Source of the DNA: Balanoglossus misakiensis
Taxonomy: Eukaryota > Animalia > Hemichordata
Length of the DNA stretch: 64,000 bases
Direction of reading: 5' to 3'
Assembly (NCBI GenBank): GCA_040954595.2
Contig: CM082598.2
Span: 9,439,097 to 9,503,096 of the forward strand
Shown: one piece after another, positions 1 to 11,340 of the stretch
How the letters are laid out: each line of letters opens with the position of its first letter
Position numbering within the stretch: the first letter of the stretch is position 1
Translations under genes and position numbers: made by a program
Notes under the pieces: model-generated
Database searches by the model: none
Told to the model about the DNA's origin: nothing
What the model saw: only the letters and a program-made list of their open reading frames with translations

Positions 1-137
1 TAAAACCTCTGCCAACTTAACTCCACGGATGCGGGATGCATTAATCGGTCTAGTTGATTCTTCACATTGAGTGCCACGCACTGGTTATTTCTCCACTGCC
101 GATGTACATGTTCCCTCCACCCATCCAATGATATCTG

Positions 138-378
138 CAGTGTTTCATCCAGGATGGCATCAACACTTTACAGGGCCAGGGGGGCTATTTCCTATGCCAG
201 AATATTTGGGGGATTCCACTTTAGCAAAGGGGGGGGGGGTGTAATATCTCTAACATGTGAGTGAAATCATTTTAAGGGGCACTGATCCCCCCTTGACAAA
301 CTGCTAGGGGGTGCCATATGCCAATTGAACATGTCAACAATGGGTGAATCCCCTATCCCCCTGTCTAGATGAAACACT
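138..378. mobile_element. Short non-autonomous TIR element (hAT-like MITE)
   Basis: Starts CAGTGTTTCATC and ends GATGAAACACT; ATATCTG on both flanks (7-8 bp TSD-like). Confidence 0.6.
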
Positions 379-1383
379 ATATCTGTGATGATTAAAATGG
401 GGAGTAGCTGTCATATGTTTCCTTCTTGCGCATAAAAAATGCATGAAAATAATGAACAGTAGAAATAGAGGGCCCTTATTCTAATCCGTCATTTTAAACT
501 TTGACTCAAATCCGAGTCGACCAAAATTCTGGTACCAGTTTAACCCTCTTGCTACCGGGGGTCAAAACCCGTTGGGCTGCCGAGTCGTTACGAGACCGCC
601 TCCTTTTCGGTGTATGTAGAATCCGGCATTCTACACCCGCTGGATTACCAGGCTTTTTGCCTGAAAATCGGGTTTTTGGAGGGTCATTTTAGCTGCTTTT
701 GAACGTGCTAGACTTCAAGTTTGGCACCGTCCCGTGTCGGCGGGACCTCAAACAACAATTAACCGGGTAAAAGTTGTGGGGTCATCGGGTTCGTTCCCCT
801 GGGAGGGGAGCGTCTGTAAACGTCGTTTCGAGGCCTACTTTTACGAAAGTAAAGTTAGTGTGTTAGTACACGCCACATCACGTCACAACAACGACACCAT
901 CAGTTATTAGTAGGGTACCCAGGGTGTACCGCCAGGGGTGTTCGGGCACCCCTTCCCCTGCCACTTTCCCGTAGGGTACGAGTTAGTTCGACACGTAATG
1001 CGAACGACTGGACACTGGCGCACAGTGTTCCGCTCTACAGCCGCCTGACAACGACTCATTCTCGCACACAAGACACACACGGACGTTGTGATAACGACAC
1101 GTTGGTTAGTTACGCACGGTAGACAGACGTTCATTACGGTGTTAATACGCTATAGTTTTTTACGGTACAGGGTTGTACCGACACGGTCACAGGTAACCCG
1201 CAAGTTCTGCAGGCTCCATTGCACCATTTCGGCCGGGGGCGAGTGTCGAACCGGACGACTATTTACACAAGACCCCCGTTACTGTGCGTCATATTAGAGG
1301 GATTAACACCACCACAGGTTGCCTCATAAATAGCACTTTATTTCCCAAAAAAGAGTGATTCGTGCACCGTTACAGTAACATCA

Positions 1384-1908
1384 CACAATCCGTGTTTCAG
1401 TGTTCGCAAGTAACCTGTCCGTTTCTCACAGTCCGTGTTTCATTGTCCGTAAATGAGGCTCGGTCACCTCGTAGCCCTACTCAAGGGCATAATTTAGTGG
1501 GGGTCCACAGAAAAAAATGACTAAAGTCCGCGCAAACGGGGCTCGTTCAAGACGAGCCCATTTCACAATCCGTGTTTCAGTGTTCGCAAGTAACCTGTCC
1601 GTTTCTCACAGTCCGTGTTTCATTGTCCGTAAATGAGGCTCGGTCACCTCGTAGCCCTACTCAAGGGCATAATTTAGTGGGGGTCCACAGAAAAAAATGA
1701 CTAAAGTCCGCGCAAACGGGGCTCGTTCAAGACGAGCCCATTTCACAATCCGTGTTTCAGTGTTCGCAAGTAACCTGTCCGTTTCTCACAGTCCGTGTTT
1801 CATTGTCCGTAAATGAGGCTCGGTCACCTCGTAGCCCTACTCAAGGGCATAATTTAGTGGGGGTCCACAGAAAAAAATGACTAAAGTCCGCACAAATGGG
1901 GCTGGTTC
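1384..1908. repeat. Tandem array of a 180-bp unit, ~2.9 copies, downstream of the piggyBac transposase ORF
   Basis: cacaatccgtgtttcagtgttcgc recurs at ~1384, ~1564 and ~1744; copies are near-identical. Confidence 0.95.
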
Positions 1909-1946
1909 ACCGGAAGCCCGTGTCACCCTCTTGGGAGGGGAATAAT

Positions 1947-4646
1947 TTAGGAATGGTCCGTGTTTCTGGAACTTCGCCGGAGCGGTTTGTCCCGTCTCGG
2001 CTGCCGAACTCGCACATCTCCTTCTGGAAACTGTGTCCCGATGCTCTTCTTTCCTCGTAGCATCATATGGTGGTGGAACGAGGCGAAGCATTCGCCTTGA
2101 TGCAAATGCACTTGGCAGAGCGCACATCCCATGACAGTCTCCGAACGCCGTCCAGAAAGGGTCCTCTTGCCTTCCCTACTGCATAGCTTGCAGGTTTTCT
2201 GCCGTCCAGGTAATCTACTTTCGACGTGTTGGGGTATGTTTCCAGGGAAAATGAAAGAGCTGTCAGTAACTGTGCGCTCTATTTCCCGTACGTTGCCTTG
2301 ACCACGACTGGAGAATCCGCCAATGAGTTGCTTCCCAACACGTAGGTTGAAGAACTTGTGCTTCACCTTGGTCTGGGGGTTAAGGTCTTTGAAACATACG
2401 TAAGCATTCGTCAATGCTACATCCATCAGGTACCAGGCCATGTATACCCACCAGCGGTTGTTCTTTCGCCCACAGTGGTAGTATTTTCGCTTCTGGTTAG
2501 CGCGGTCAACGCCTCCCATGAAGACGCGGTACTTCGACAAACTCAGGGGCACATTTCTCTCTTCCTCACCACTGCCAACTGTCTCCGTGTCAAGTGGTGG
2601 ATAAACGTTGTTCAGGATCAACACCTGTGCATTGCTATCCTGATAAGCTGTCAGGTTGATTCGGCAATCGACTCGGGTGGCTGCCTTCATTTCACCGACC
2701 TCCAGTGGAAGCTTCTTCTTTTTCCCGGGGGGAATAAGCATGGGCGGCATACTCCGACGGTTACGTCGGTTGAAGCTTCCAACCATATACATGCCCATCT
2801 CCATCAGTTCTCTCGCAGTTAACACAGTTGTGAAGAGGCTGTCACAGAAGAGGATGTGGTTGTACCCGCAGAACGGCTGAACAAGTTCAATCGTTATTCT
2901 TTTCACCACTCCCCTCTCCTGTTTTTTCCCGTCATTCCTGTCAAGGTACTTCACCCCCAGGTAGGGAGCAAAGTTTGCCACATAGGATGTGACAGAGTCC
3001 GCCAACTGCCATACCTTAAAGCCGTCTCTGTCTGGCTTGTGGGGAAGCCTCTGTTTGAATTTCGAACGTCCTTTGAATTTCACCATGCCTTCATCGATGG
3101 AGATTTCCTGTCCCATCTGATAGCTGTGTACGCAACTGTTTACAAGGGGCTCCATCCATGGGTTTACTTTATACATTGGGTCGTCCTGACAACGGCGTGA
3201 CCGTCTGTTCGGGTCAGGGTCTCGTCTTGGATCCTTCTGGGGGTCAGCCAAGTGGAAATACCGCATCAACCTGTGGTAGCGTTGACGGGTCATGACTGAC
3301 GAAATGCCAACATTATGCAGGAAAATGTCGCTGGACCAATAGTCGCCCACAGCAGGCTTGCGGTCAATGCCCATGATGATGACAACGCCCAGGAAGGCTT
3401 GCATCTCTCTGTAATTGGTCGCTCGCCACTCAGAGTCGATTTTCTTTGCGACGTAATGCTGGTGATACGACGCATATTTGTTCGTTTCCTTCACCGCCAG
3501 AGATATCATGTCCGGTGATATAAATTTCAGGAAGTATTCCAACTCCCGTGCATGTGTTGCCATAGTAAACGTGGGTCCACGCTCTTTCTCGAACAGGGGT
3601 TCGGAAAATATCTCAGTGTCCTCATGCTGCGAAAGACGCCACTCGTCCCCATCCTTGGAGGCCTGCCGTATGGCCTCTTCTATTACGGCTTCATTCTCGG
3701 AGTCGGACTCCTCAGATGGAGTACCAGGAAATGACAGCTCGTAAAAGTTATCGTCCTCTGCCGCATCCTCATCAATGTCCGTCACGTTTCCCTCATCCTC
3801 CTCAAGGTCATCATCAGGCCGTCTATATCGGAACAAGCCTGTTTTGGCGTCCAAAATCTTTTCGGGCTCAAACTCAGGTGGACTGTAGCGCACCTTTTTC
3901 TTTACTGCTTTCTTGGATGATCCCACCTTCCCAGTGGAAGTCGAGGCGACTGCCTGATGAGGACTCATCTGAGCAGCAGATGGCACTTCTGGGGAGGTCT
4001 CGTGACTATCATCTGTCGTACATGGGGTCACTGGCGGGGAAGTGGCTGGTTCGCCCGCCTCTGGGGTCGTCTGATCGCTCCCGCGTGGAACTTCTGTCGG
4101 GGTACTGGCTGGTTCGCCAGCCTTCGCAGTCACCTCATCACTCCTGGGTGGAGTTTCTGTCGGGGTACTGGCTGGTTCGCCCGCCTTCGCAGTCACCTCA
4201 TCACTCCTGGGTGGAGCTTCTGTCTCACCGTCCGAGTCGACAACGGGTCGATCGGACTTGCGCTTACGTTTCCCGCCAGACTTCTGCTGCTTACTGGATT
4301 GTAAGTCAGCCTCTGAAGTCACCTCGTCACTCCTGGGTGGAGCTTCTGTCGGGGTACTGGCTGGTTCGCCCGCTTCCGCAGTCACCTCATCACTCCGGGG
4401 TGGAGCTTCTGTCTCATCGTCCGAGTCGACAACGGGTCGACTGGACTTGCGCTTACGTTTCCCGCCAGGCTTCTCCGTCTCCTCAAATCTGACGCTCAAA
4501 AGGCGTTTCTTTGCCTTCTTTTTCTTGGCCTTTCCCTTCCTAACAGGGGAGTCTACATCATAGCGATCGCTGCCCGTTCCACTGGATTCCGGGTTCCGAA
4601 TCTTTCGGGTTGCCTTCAAAAAACTCTTTCGGTCCGTCAAACTCAT
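1947..4646 (-). CDS. piggyBac transposase (PGBD/DDE_Tnp_1_7 family), ~899 aa, with long repetitive N-terminal extension
   Basis: Catalytic-type motifs SIDEGM, FCDSLFT and MGGVDRANQ; C-terminal Cys-rich domain CKLC...CALCQVHLHQGECFASFH. ATG at 4646 is the first Met after a TATA/Inr pair; no internal stops. Confidence 0.92.
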   Translation of the reverse strand: MSLTDRKSFLKATRKIRNPESSGTGSDRYDVDSPVRKGKAKKKKAKKRLLSVRFEETEKPGGKRKRKSSRPVVDSDDETEAPPRSDEVTAEAGEPASTPTEAPPRSDEVTSEADLQSSKQQKSGGKRKRKSDRPVVDSDGETEAPPRSDEVTAKAGEPASTPTETPPRSDEVTAKAGEPASTPTEVPRGSDQTTPEAGEPATSPPVTPCTTDDSHETSPEVPSAAQMSPHQAVASTSTGKVGSSKKAVKKKVRYSPPEFEPEKILDAKTGLFRYRRPDDDLEEDEGNVTDIDEDAAEDDNFYELSFPGTPSEESDSENEAVIEEAIRQASKDGDEWRLSQHEDTEIFSEPLFEKERGPTFTMATHARELEYFLKFISPDMISLAVKETNKYASYHQHYVAKKIDSEWRATNYREMQAFLGVVIIMGIDRKPAVGDYWSSDIFLHNVGISSVMTRQRYHRLMRYFHLADPQKDPRRDPDPNRRSRRCQDDPMYKVNPWMEPLVNSCVHSYQMGQEISIDEGMVKFKGRSKFKQRLPHKPDRDGFKVWQLADSVTSYVANFAPYLGVKYLDRNDGKKQERGVVKRITIELVQPFCGYNHILFCDSLFTTVLTARELMEMGMYMVGSFNRRNRRSMPPMLIPPGKKKKLPLEVGEMKAATRVDCRINLTAYQDSNAQVLILNNVYPPLDTETVGSGEEERNVPLSLSKYRVFMGGVDRANQKRKYYHCGRKNNRWWVYMAWYLMDVALTNAYVCFKDLNPQTKVKHKFFNLRVGKQLIGGFSSRGQGNVREIERTVTDSSFIFPGNIPQHVESRLPGRQKTCKLCSREGKRTLSGRRSETVMGCALCQVHLHQGECFASFHHHMMLRGKKSIGTQFPEGDVRVRQPRRDKPLRRSSRNTDHS

Positions 4647-4659
4647 GGTCTGTAGTGGT

Positions 4660-4694
4660 ACTGACAAAACTGTCCACGAAACACCCCTTTTATA
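4660..4694 (-). promoter_or_regulatory. Core promoter of the transposase (TATA box plus initiator)
   Basis: Minus strand TATAAAAG at 4694-4687 and TCAGT at 4664-4660, ~32 nt apart, then ACCATG at the start codon. Confidence 0.65.
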
Positions 4695-5130
4695 AGCAGT
4701 CGCACATGAACCTGTGACAGGCGTTCTCCCATCTAATTGGACGCCTAATATATAGGTACGCAAACACGTGACACAAAAATATGTCCGAAGGCAATCGGAC
4801 CTATGGGGCTCCTCAAAATTCCCGCCAGAAATGGAAATCTGGAACGGCAATTTGCGTAACAATACCGAAAGTATTGATCGACCATGACGTTAAAATTTCG
4901 CATCTGTCCGGCCTAAGCAGAACTCATGTCCCGTATGTTACGCGAATGCAAGGCACGCCTTTCGCCCGTGTCTGTACATACCCCTCGGTAACACGCAGCA
5001 CCGAGGAACCGTTACGGCACACACCCGTCCAATTCACCAGCCTGTGTTACAGGCATCCGCACACTGTGTCGTTCTCTAATGGTGAGTAACGCAAAACCCA
5101 CCGGACCGAGAGCGTATTCATCGGCTTTGT

Positions 5131-5768
5131 TTACGTCAAAATGCACACCCAGTCGCTTTTTACACACTCGTGCCGCTGGCTACGCAAAGCCAAGTCCCGT
5201 CAAAACCTGTCCGATCCAATGTGTCGCGAACCGGGGTGTAAACGACGAGTCGGTCTACATCGTCGGCCGTTACGTCAAAATGCACACCCAGTCGCTTTTT
5301 ACACACTCGTGCCGCTGGCTACGCAAAGCCAAGTCCCGTCAAAACCTGTCCGATCCAATGTGTCGCGAACCGGGGTGTAAACGACGAGTCGGTCTACATC
5401 GTCGGCCGTTACGTCAAAATGCACACCCAGTCGCTTTTTACACACTCGTGCCGCTGGCTATGCAAAGCCAAGTCCCGTCAAAACCTGTCCGATCCAATGT
5501 GTCGCGAACCGGGGTGTAAACGACGAGTCGGTCTACATCGTCGGCCGTTACGTCAAAATGCACACCCAGTCGCTTTTTACACACTCGTGCCGCTGGCTAC
5601 GCAAAGCCAAGTCCCGTCAAAACCTGTCCGATCCAATGTGTCGCGAACCGGGGTGTAAACGACGAGTCGGTTAACATCGTCGGCCGTTTCGTCAAAATGC
5701 ACACCCAGTCGCTTTTTACACACTTGTGCCGCTGGCTACGCAAGCCAAGTCCCGTCAAAGCCTGTCCG
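5131..5768. repeat. Tandem array of a 139-bp unit, ~4.6 copies, upstream of the transposase promoter
   Basis: atgcacacccagtcgc recurs at 5141, 5280, 5419, 5558 and 5697. Confidence 0.95.
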
Positions 5769-6765
5769 TACCAAGTTTTCTTTCACGAGTAATTGTAGGC
5801 TACGAGTCGGTCGCGAAAGATATGGCCTGCGACGCACGCACGCCAAGACGTCGGTCATCGGTTCGCACCATCGGCAAAAATCGTCATGTTTTCCCGAGTC
5901 GATCCCAAAACGCACTCTCCTAAACAGGCACCCACGAGTGCGTCCGACACGTCTGGCCATCGAAAAGGTCGATACCCTATGTCGTTGTGGAACCGTCTGC
6001 TATGGAAAACTATGCATCGCTGTCGAGTACGTTTTTGCGGACACATAAAAAAACGGTCTCCCCAGGGTCGGGGGTGACCGGCGGAATTTGCCTCTAAGGA
6101 TAGTGTGCTCTTTGTAGTTCAAGGCAAATAACCCTGTCGAGACTTTCCTGTCCTAACAGATTTTGCCCTCAAAACGGTAGTTCAAAGTCAACACGTTATA
6201 GCGAAGCGCACGCAAACGCCTAGAGACTCCAGCGGGTCGGCGAATCATATCGATCCATACCGATTCGGTCGTTCATCACTCGCCAACGTCCGACTTCTAC
6301 CCACACCGGAAATCGGGCGGTCTGCTACGGACTCGACAGCGTTAGGGTTAAGTGTGGACGCGGCCCAAATCTGGACCCCAAAGGACAGTTATTTTATGTC
6401 ACCTTAGATGTGAAGGTGACTTATGTATGTCCACTATCAATTATTCAGCTGCACTTTAATGAAAGAAAAGGACCTAACCCTAAAAATGCTTCAAAAGATT
6501 TCTGAATAGCTGCATATCGTTGTATGGGGGGCTGATTAAATCGGTGTGGCAGCGTTTTAATACATACCGTGTTCAAATTGTAACATGCAGTCACAATCGA
6601 GCATCGATAAGGTGTTCATCTATACCTATCAGTAAGCTTATAGGAAAATAAAGTCATGAAAATAATGCAAAAAGTGGCAGCTCTAGACGCTTTAAGGTGT
6701 TGCCGAGGATGGCTGCCGCATACTTTACAAATCACTTTTTGATCTCTATTATTTATACATTCTAG

Positions 6766-6956
6766 GTGTATGATGCCGGTAGAATGTTCATGATGGTACA
6801 GTCCAATGACAAGAATGATGAAGACAACAATGAAGATGATATTGGTTTAAAACAAGAGGAGGATTCCGGAATATGTACAAATCCAAATCCAGAAATGGTT
6901 CCTCTGAAAGTTATTGTTTCAAAGGAAGATGGTGTAGATGTAAATGATGCGAAGAA
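6766..6956 (+). CDS. TTLL12: TTLL12 exon (VYDAGRMF...VNDAK)
   Basis: ttctag acceptor, gtaagt donor; resembles VFDAG...KVIV of TTLL12. Confidence 0.85.
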
Positions 6957-6976
6957 GTAAGTGAAAGTGGCATTAA

Positions 6977-7304
6977 AGGGACAAAGTCTCACTCTCCCTC
7001 TCCCTGCCCTTTTTCCATTAATTATGTTTGATACATGACATTGTTTATCTTATTCTACAACCACACACGCCTTCCATCCTGCTTGTAGACACGAGAATGA
7101 AAAAAAAACCTCGCCAAAATGAATAGTAGGTCTCTACCATTTATTCATTTTGACGAGATTTTTACTATCATATCCTAAAAATGGAATGGAAGCTGTTTGT
7201 GGTTGAACGTTCATTCACTACATATACACATGTACATTAACATAAACAGTGTATTGCATCAAACATATCGATGGAAAAGGGACAACGAGAGAGACCTTGT
7301 CCCT
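6977..7304. mobile_element. TTAA-flanked MITE, family A (Kolobok-like)
   Basis: ttaa|agggacaaagtctc ... gagaccttgtccct|ctaa; related copies at 21506 and 46776. Confidence 0.7.
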
Positions 7305-7411
7305 CTAATGATACAACCTCACTCCAGCTGGCGTCTGTTTGACCCATAGGTTGAAGGAAAAAAAGTGGAAGCTTAGGCACATGCCCACTGCAGTCGGCAT
7401 AGAGAATTTAA

Positions 7412-7632
7412 AGCCCCTAAAGCTGCCAAATTTCACGTATTTTTTCCACTATAAAATACTTCAAATATATATTCCCTATCCTCTAAAATCCTCACCATTA
7501 ACCCTAATGCTACTGGCTATCATATCTGTTCAGAGTGTCAAGTCCCATAAAATACGTATTTGCCACTTTTTCTTCTAAAACGTATTTTGAATGGCTCTCA
7601 TACTTACTTAGACACACTTGGCAGTCTGAGCC

Positions 7633-7663
<31 letters not shown>

Positions 7664-8038
7664 TGTACCAAATCGCACTGTTTTGCACTGTATTGGTTTG
7701 AGGGTCTTGTATAGGCCCTACTGAGTAACACACACTTGGCAGTCTAACAGGCCTGGGAGCCAGGATTCTAGGCACCCTGGAAATCAAACCAGTTTCAACT
7801 GACTTGGCAGCATTAGGGTTAAGCCATATTACTTGCATTTGCATACGATAGCTGCGTACTGTTTGTATAGAGGCTGATTAAATCAGTGCATAGCGTTTTC
7901 AAATCGCTACATGCAGTCACAATCGGGCATCGATAAGGTGTTCATGTATACCTATCAGTAAGCATATGACGATGTACCAATCAAAGTTGGAAAATTAAGT
8001 CATGAAAATAATGGAAAAAAGTGGCAGCTCTAGAGGCT
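7412..8038. mobile_element. TTAA-flanked MITE, family B (Kolobok-like), carrying a nested piggyBac-type MITE
   Basis: TIR agccYc.a.agctgcca / tggcagctctagaggct with TTAA on both sides; uninterrupted copy at 43731-44076; partial copy at ~6500-6691. Confidence 0.75.
7502..7818. mobile_element. piggyBac-type MITE
   Basis: ttaa|ccctaatgct ... agcattaggg|ttaa; the empty site (a single TTAA) is visible in the paralogous host copy at ~43814. Confidence 0.85.
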
Positions 8039-8142
8039 TTAAATAAATCCTGAATCCCAAAATCCTAAAATTATGATTCATTAATAAAACTCATAGATAA
8101 CTTTGCTTTTACTATTATTAATTGTTTTGTATATTGTCACAG

Positions 8143-8338
8143 CATTTTTCTCATTGACCATGCATGGACATACCGTCAAGACAAAGTAAGACAACAACTT
8201 GAAGAAGTCCATGGTCTCCTTGAGCGTATGGTAGCATTGATGCATTTGGATACCGGTCACAAAGATAAGGATGATATCATTAATCTCCTGATGAAGGAAA
8301 TGTGGAAATACAACCAGACTTACAGTGTTCACAGTCAC
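8143..8338 (+). CDS. TTLL12: TTLL12 exon (IFLIDHAWTY...EMWKYNQTYSVHSH)
   Basis: cacag acceptor, gtaagt donor; phase matches the previous exon. Confidence 0.93.
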
Positions 8339-8376
8339 GTAAGTGTCAGTGTTCAGGCCCTCAGTATACACATGTT

Positions 8377-8543
8377 GACTGGCCATGAGGGCAACAGCAT
8401 ACGTCTGTAACCCGAGGGATTGTGGGTCACCCCTCAAAACAGACTGTTTCCCAAGGCCGAAGCATGAATGAAACAGTCTGTTTGTGGGGTGACTCACAGT
8501 CCTGAGGGGTGAAAGACGTATGCTGTTGCCCGTAAGGCCAGTC
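8377..8543. repeat. ~167-bp imperfect palindrome (fold-back)
   Basis: gactggcc..gggcaacagcatacgtct..aacagactgtttc pairs with gaaacagtctgtt..agacgtatgctgttgccc..ggccagtc. Confidence 0.8.
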
Positions 8544-10724
8544 TATTTGTGTTTTGTAACATCTTCATCTGCAGCCATGCATAAGAACACACCATACACA
8601 AAGTGAGCGGGCATCATATTTTGGAACTGATGCCCATTCAGTCAGATCGCACGGTACTCATTTGCATATGAAAGTTCGTCAAGCCAGCGACCGTTAACGT
8701 TCAAACAGACGGCAATAGGCCAATTTTCAAGGTGATTTTCAACTTGATTTTTACACTCCGTGGTACAATAAAATACCATGCTAGCTCGATAAATTACGAA
8801 AGTGATTCCAATTTTCCACTGCAGACGTAAATTTTATGAGAATCTGTCAGTAATAGTAGTAGTTTTTAACATGTTTTCGGTGGTATGTTGGTGACCCCGG
8901 AAGAGACGTCCACAAACGTGCCAAAAATCATTTGAAGACGACCTCGGAAGTTAACCAAGTTTTCGTGACAGATAGGTCTAATATCGGTCCCAACTCACGT
9001 GAAAAGAAATTAATTCGAAATGCCTGTGTAACGGTCAGCTTAAAAATAATCGATGTACTTCGACGATATGACCCGGAAGTATAGGCCCTACGTTGACCTC
9101 TCCATGTTAGGCTTGTAAATACGTGTTTAAATAAATAAGTGTTGCGTTGCTCGTGAAACGACACGTTTATTGTGGGGAAAACAGTGTTTAAAAGACACTT
9201 GTCAAGTAAAAGTTACTGGATAGTGTATAACACTCTAAGGTAACACATTAGCCAAATTTTATCTTAATTACTGGCCTGATTTCGACACAACATCGATCAA
9301 TCGCACGAGTGCCGCGCCCGGGTGCTCCACGCCGTACGCCTACATTGGGCTCCAAACAAATATTTGATTACCCATGGACAGAATGCCAGGTTTACCGTAC
9401 GTGACTACGTGTGAGGAGCTCAGCTGGTCCATTTTTTTTCTCCGTATCGTGGGATATAAGTAGACTTTTCGAAAATGCCAAGTGTAACTTCGAAACCACT
9501 TCCCTTTATTCGCTGATGTTATATGCAATAAATACAACATTTGTGTCTGAAGGCGAGCGATTTTGTATGGGTCGATAAATAATAATAATAATAATAGTAA
9601 TTTATTTATTAAACAGTGTTCAAAATACTACTACAAAATACAGAATAAAGAGTTAAATATACAACAAAATGCAGAATAAATTGTCAACTCAGACAGCTCA
9701 AATAAAACAGTCAACTGCAACACCACCACCACAAAAATCAGTCTTCATCAATCTGAAAGAACAATAAAAAAGTGAGTTTCCTTGACGGGCAAACTTTCAC
9801 AAAATAATTGTTAGGGTTTAGTAAAACTCGGGAGTACATATCAGCAATCCAAATTTCTTCGCACGAGAGAGGTGGGAAAACTACGCAGCTGGTACAACCC
9901 AGGATCAAGCCTGCGCCAGCGTATATACGTACACATGCATGCTGTCTTCTCCCGCCATTTTGCAGAAGAAGTGGCGCTCACGGGTTGAAAAGTAAACAAA
10001 ATGGCGCTCACAGGTTGAAAAGTAAACAAAATTGAACTGGTCATATCGTCACTATGAAAGCTTGGAAGTGAATGAAAACTCAAAGAGAGGGGGTTTGTTG
10101 TCTATATTTTGATAAAGGTCTGAAATTTCGTGGTAAAATCCATGTGTAACGGTCAGCTTAAAAATAATCGAGAGGATGTCAACGCTATGTGTTTTTTCAG
10201 TCGTCAGAAATTTCGTGATTACAAAGAAACTACACGACAGAAGTTGCCAAAAAATCATTCAGTAACAATCCAGTATACCTACCTTCAAGTGAATCCACGG
10301 GTTTGTCTTAAAATAATCAACATTGCCTGAAAACAGCTCTATAATATCGAGTAAAAAAATGGCCTATTTCGTGACCCGTCAGCGGGGCCCACTCTAACGG
10401 CAACATGGTTTGAATTACTTTCCCTCATTAACATATGTTAATGAGTACCCTGCGATCTGACTGCAATGGGCAACAGCACAAAAAGAACGCACACCACGTG
10501 ACTATCAATTGACGAATGAGAACACAGTCTGCGGATGACGTGTGTTACAATAGGTAATCTTTTCTTTGGTGATTTTGGTGGTTCCAAGGGATGTGGTGAT
10601 TGAGATATCAATAGTTTTATTCTGTTTTTGAGCATATTTTTGTTGCTTTATTTTGATTGCTATGGAATTTTGCGGTTGCTCAGCACCATTAAATCAATCA
10701 AATTTTGCGGTGATTTTGTTCTAG

Positions 10725-10896
10725 AATACATATATGAATGTTGAAGATAAGCTACCAATATGGTATATAATGGATGAATTTGGATCTAATATACGACACT
10801 CGGATCATCCCACTTTCAAAATAGCACCACTGTTTTACAATCCAACCCAGATCTGTTATACGATATTGTGGCCAACAAGAGATGTAGATTATGCAG
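10725..10896 (+). CDS. TTLL12: TTLL12 exon, SET-like region (PIWYIMDEFGSNIRHSD...LWPTRDVDYA)
   Basis: ttctag acceptor, gtaagc donor. Confidence 0.93.
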
Positions 10897-11340
10897 GTAA
10901 GCACTTGTCCACAACTCTGACATATTGAAAATATTGAAAATACAAATTTACTGTCCGCCACTATGTTAGTTGTTAGTAGTTTGACCCTTGACCTCACTAC
11001 CCACAATGCTTTGCCTGTGGCGTAGCTTTCTCTCTCTCTGCCCGTCCGCCATCTTGTAACTAGCGGCATAGTGCGTTCGTAATAAAACCATTCGTGTTAT
11101 CGACCTTACGTGCCTGGTTGTAGTCTTTGCTGGTGTCTGACAACACAGTGGTTGTGTCCACGTTGGCATGGTGGCAGCGTCGATCATCTACCCTCGTCAT
11201 TGGCAACAATACGGTAATTTCCAGTTGCTGAACATTCAGTCACAGCAGGACTTCTACACACATAAGTGTACAGCCAGTGAGTTACACATACGTAACTTGA
11301 AGTCACATTTCGTCGAGAAAACCTGCCTCAGTGTTTCGAC

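Larger units (their letters stand above)
544..6347 (-). mobile_element. Full-length piggyBac DNA transposon (~5.8 kb)
   Basis: TTAA at 540-543 and 6348-6351; CCCT...AGGG termini; ~55-bp imperfect subterminal inverted repeats (gctgccgagtcgttacgagaccgcc... vs reverse complement gctgtcgagtccgtagcagaccgcc...); intact transposase ORF inside. Confidence 0.92.

Noticed and set aside
1-540. Possible first coding exon of TTLL12
   Set aside because: No frame resembles the TTLL12 N-terminus with a suitable donor; about half of the region is a MITE.
4647-4862. First 72 aa of the 971-aa ORF-track protein
   Set aside because: Starts at a non-ATG codon upstream of the TATA/Inr; the ATG at 4646 is the plausible start.
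5079-5923. Repeating ORFs (MHTQSLFTHSCRW...) and a possible CRISPR-like array
   Set aside because: Pure 139-bp head-to-tail repeat with no unique spacers; the unit is not a multiple of 3; eukaryotic context with no cas genes.
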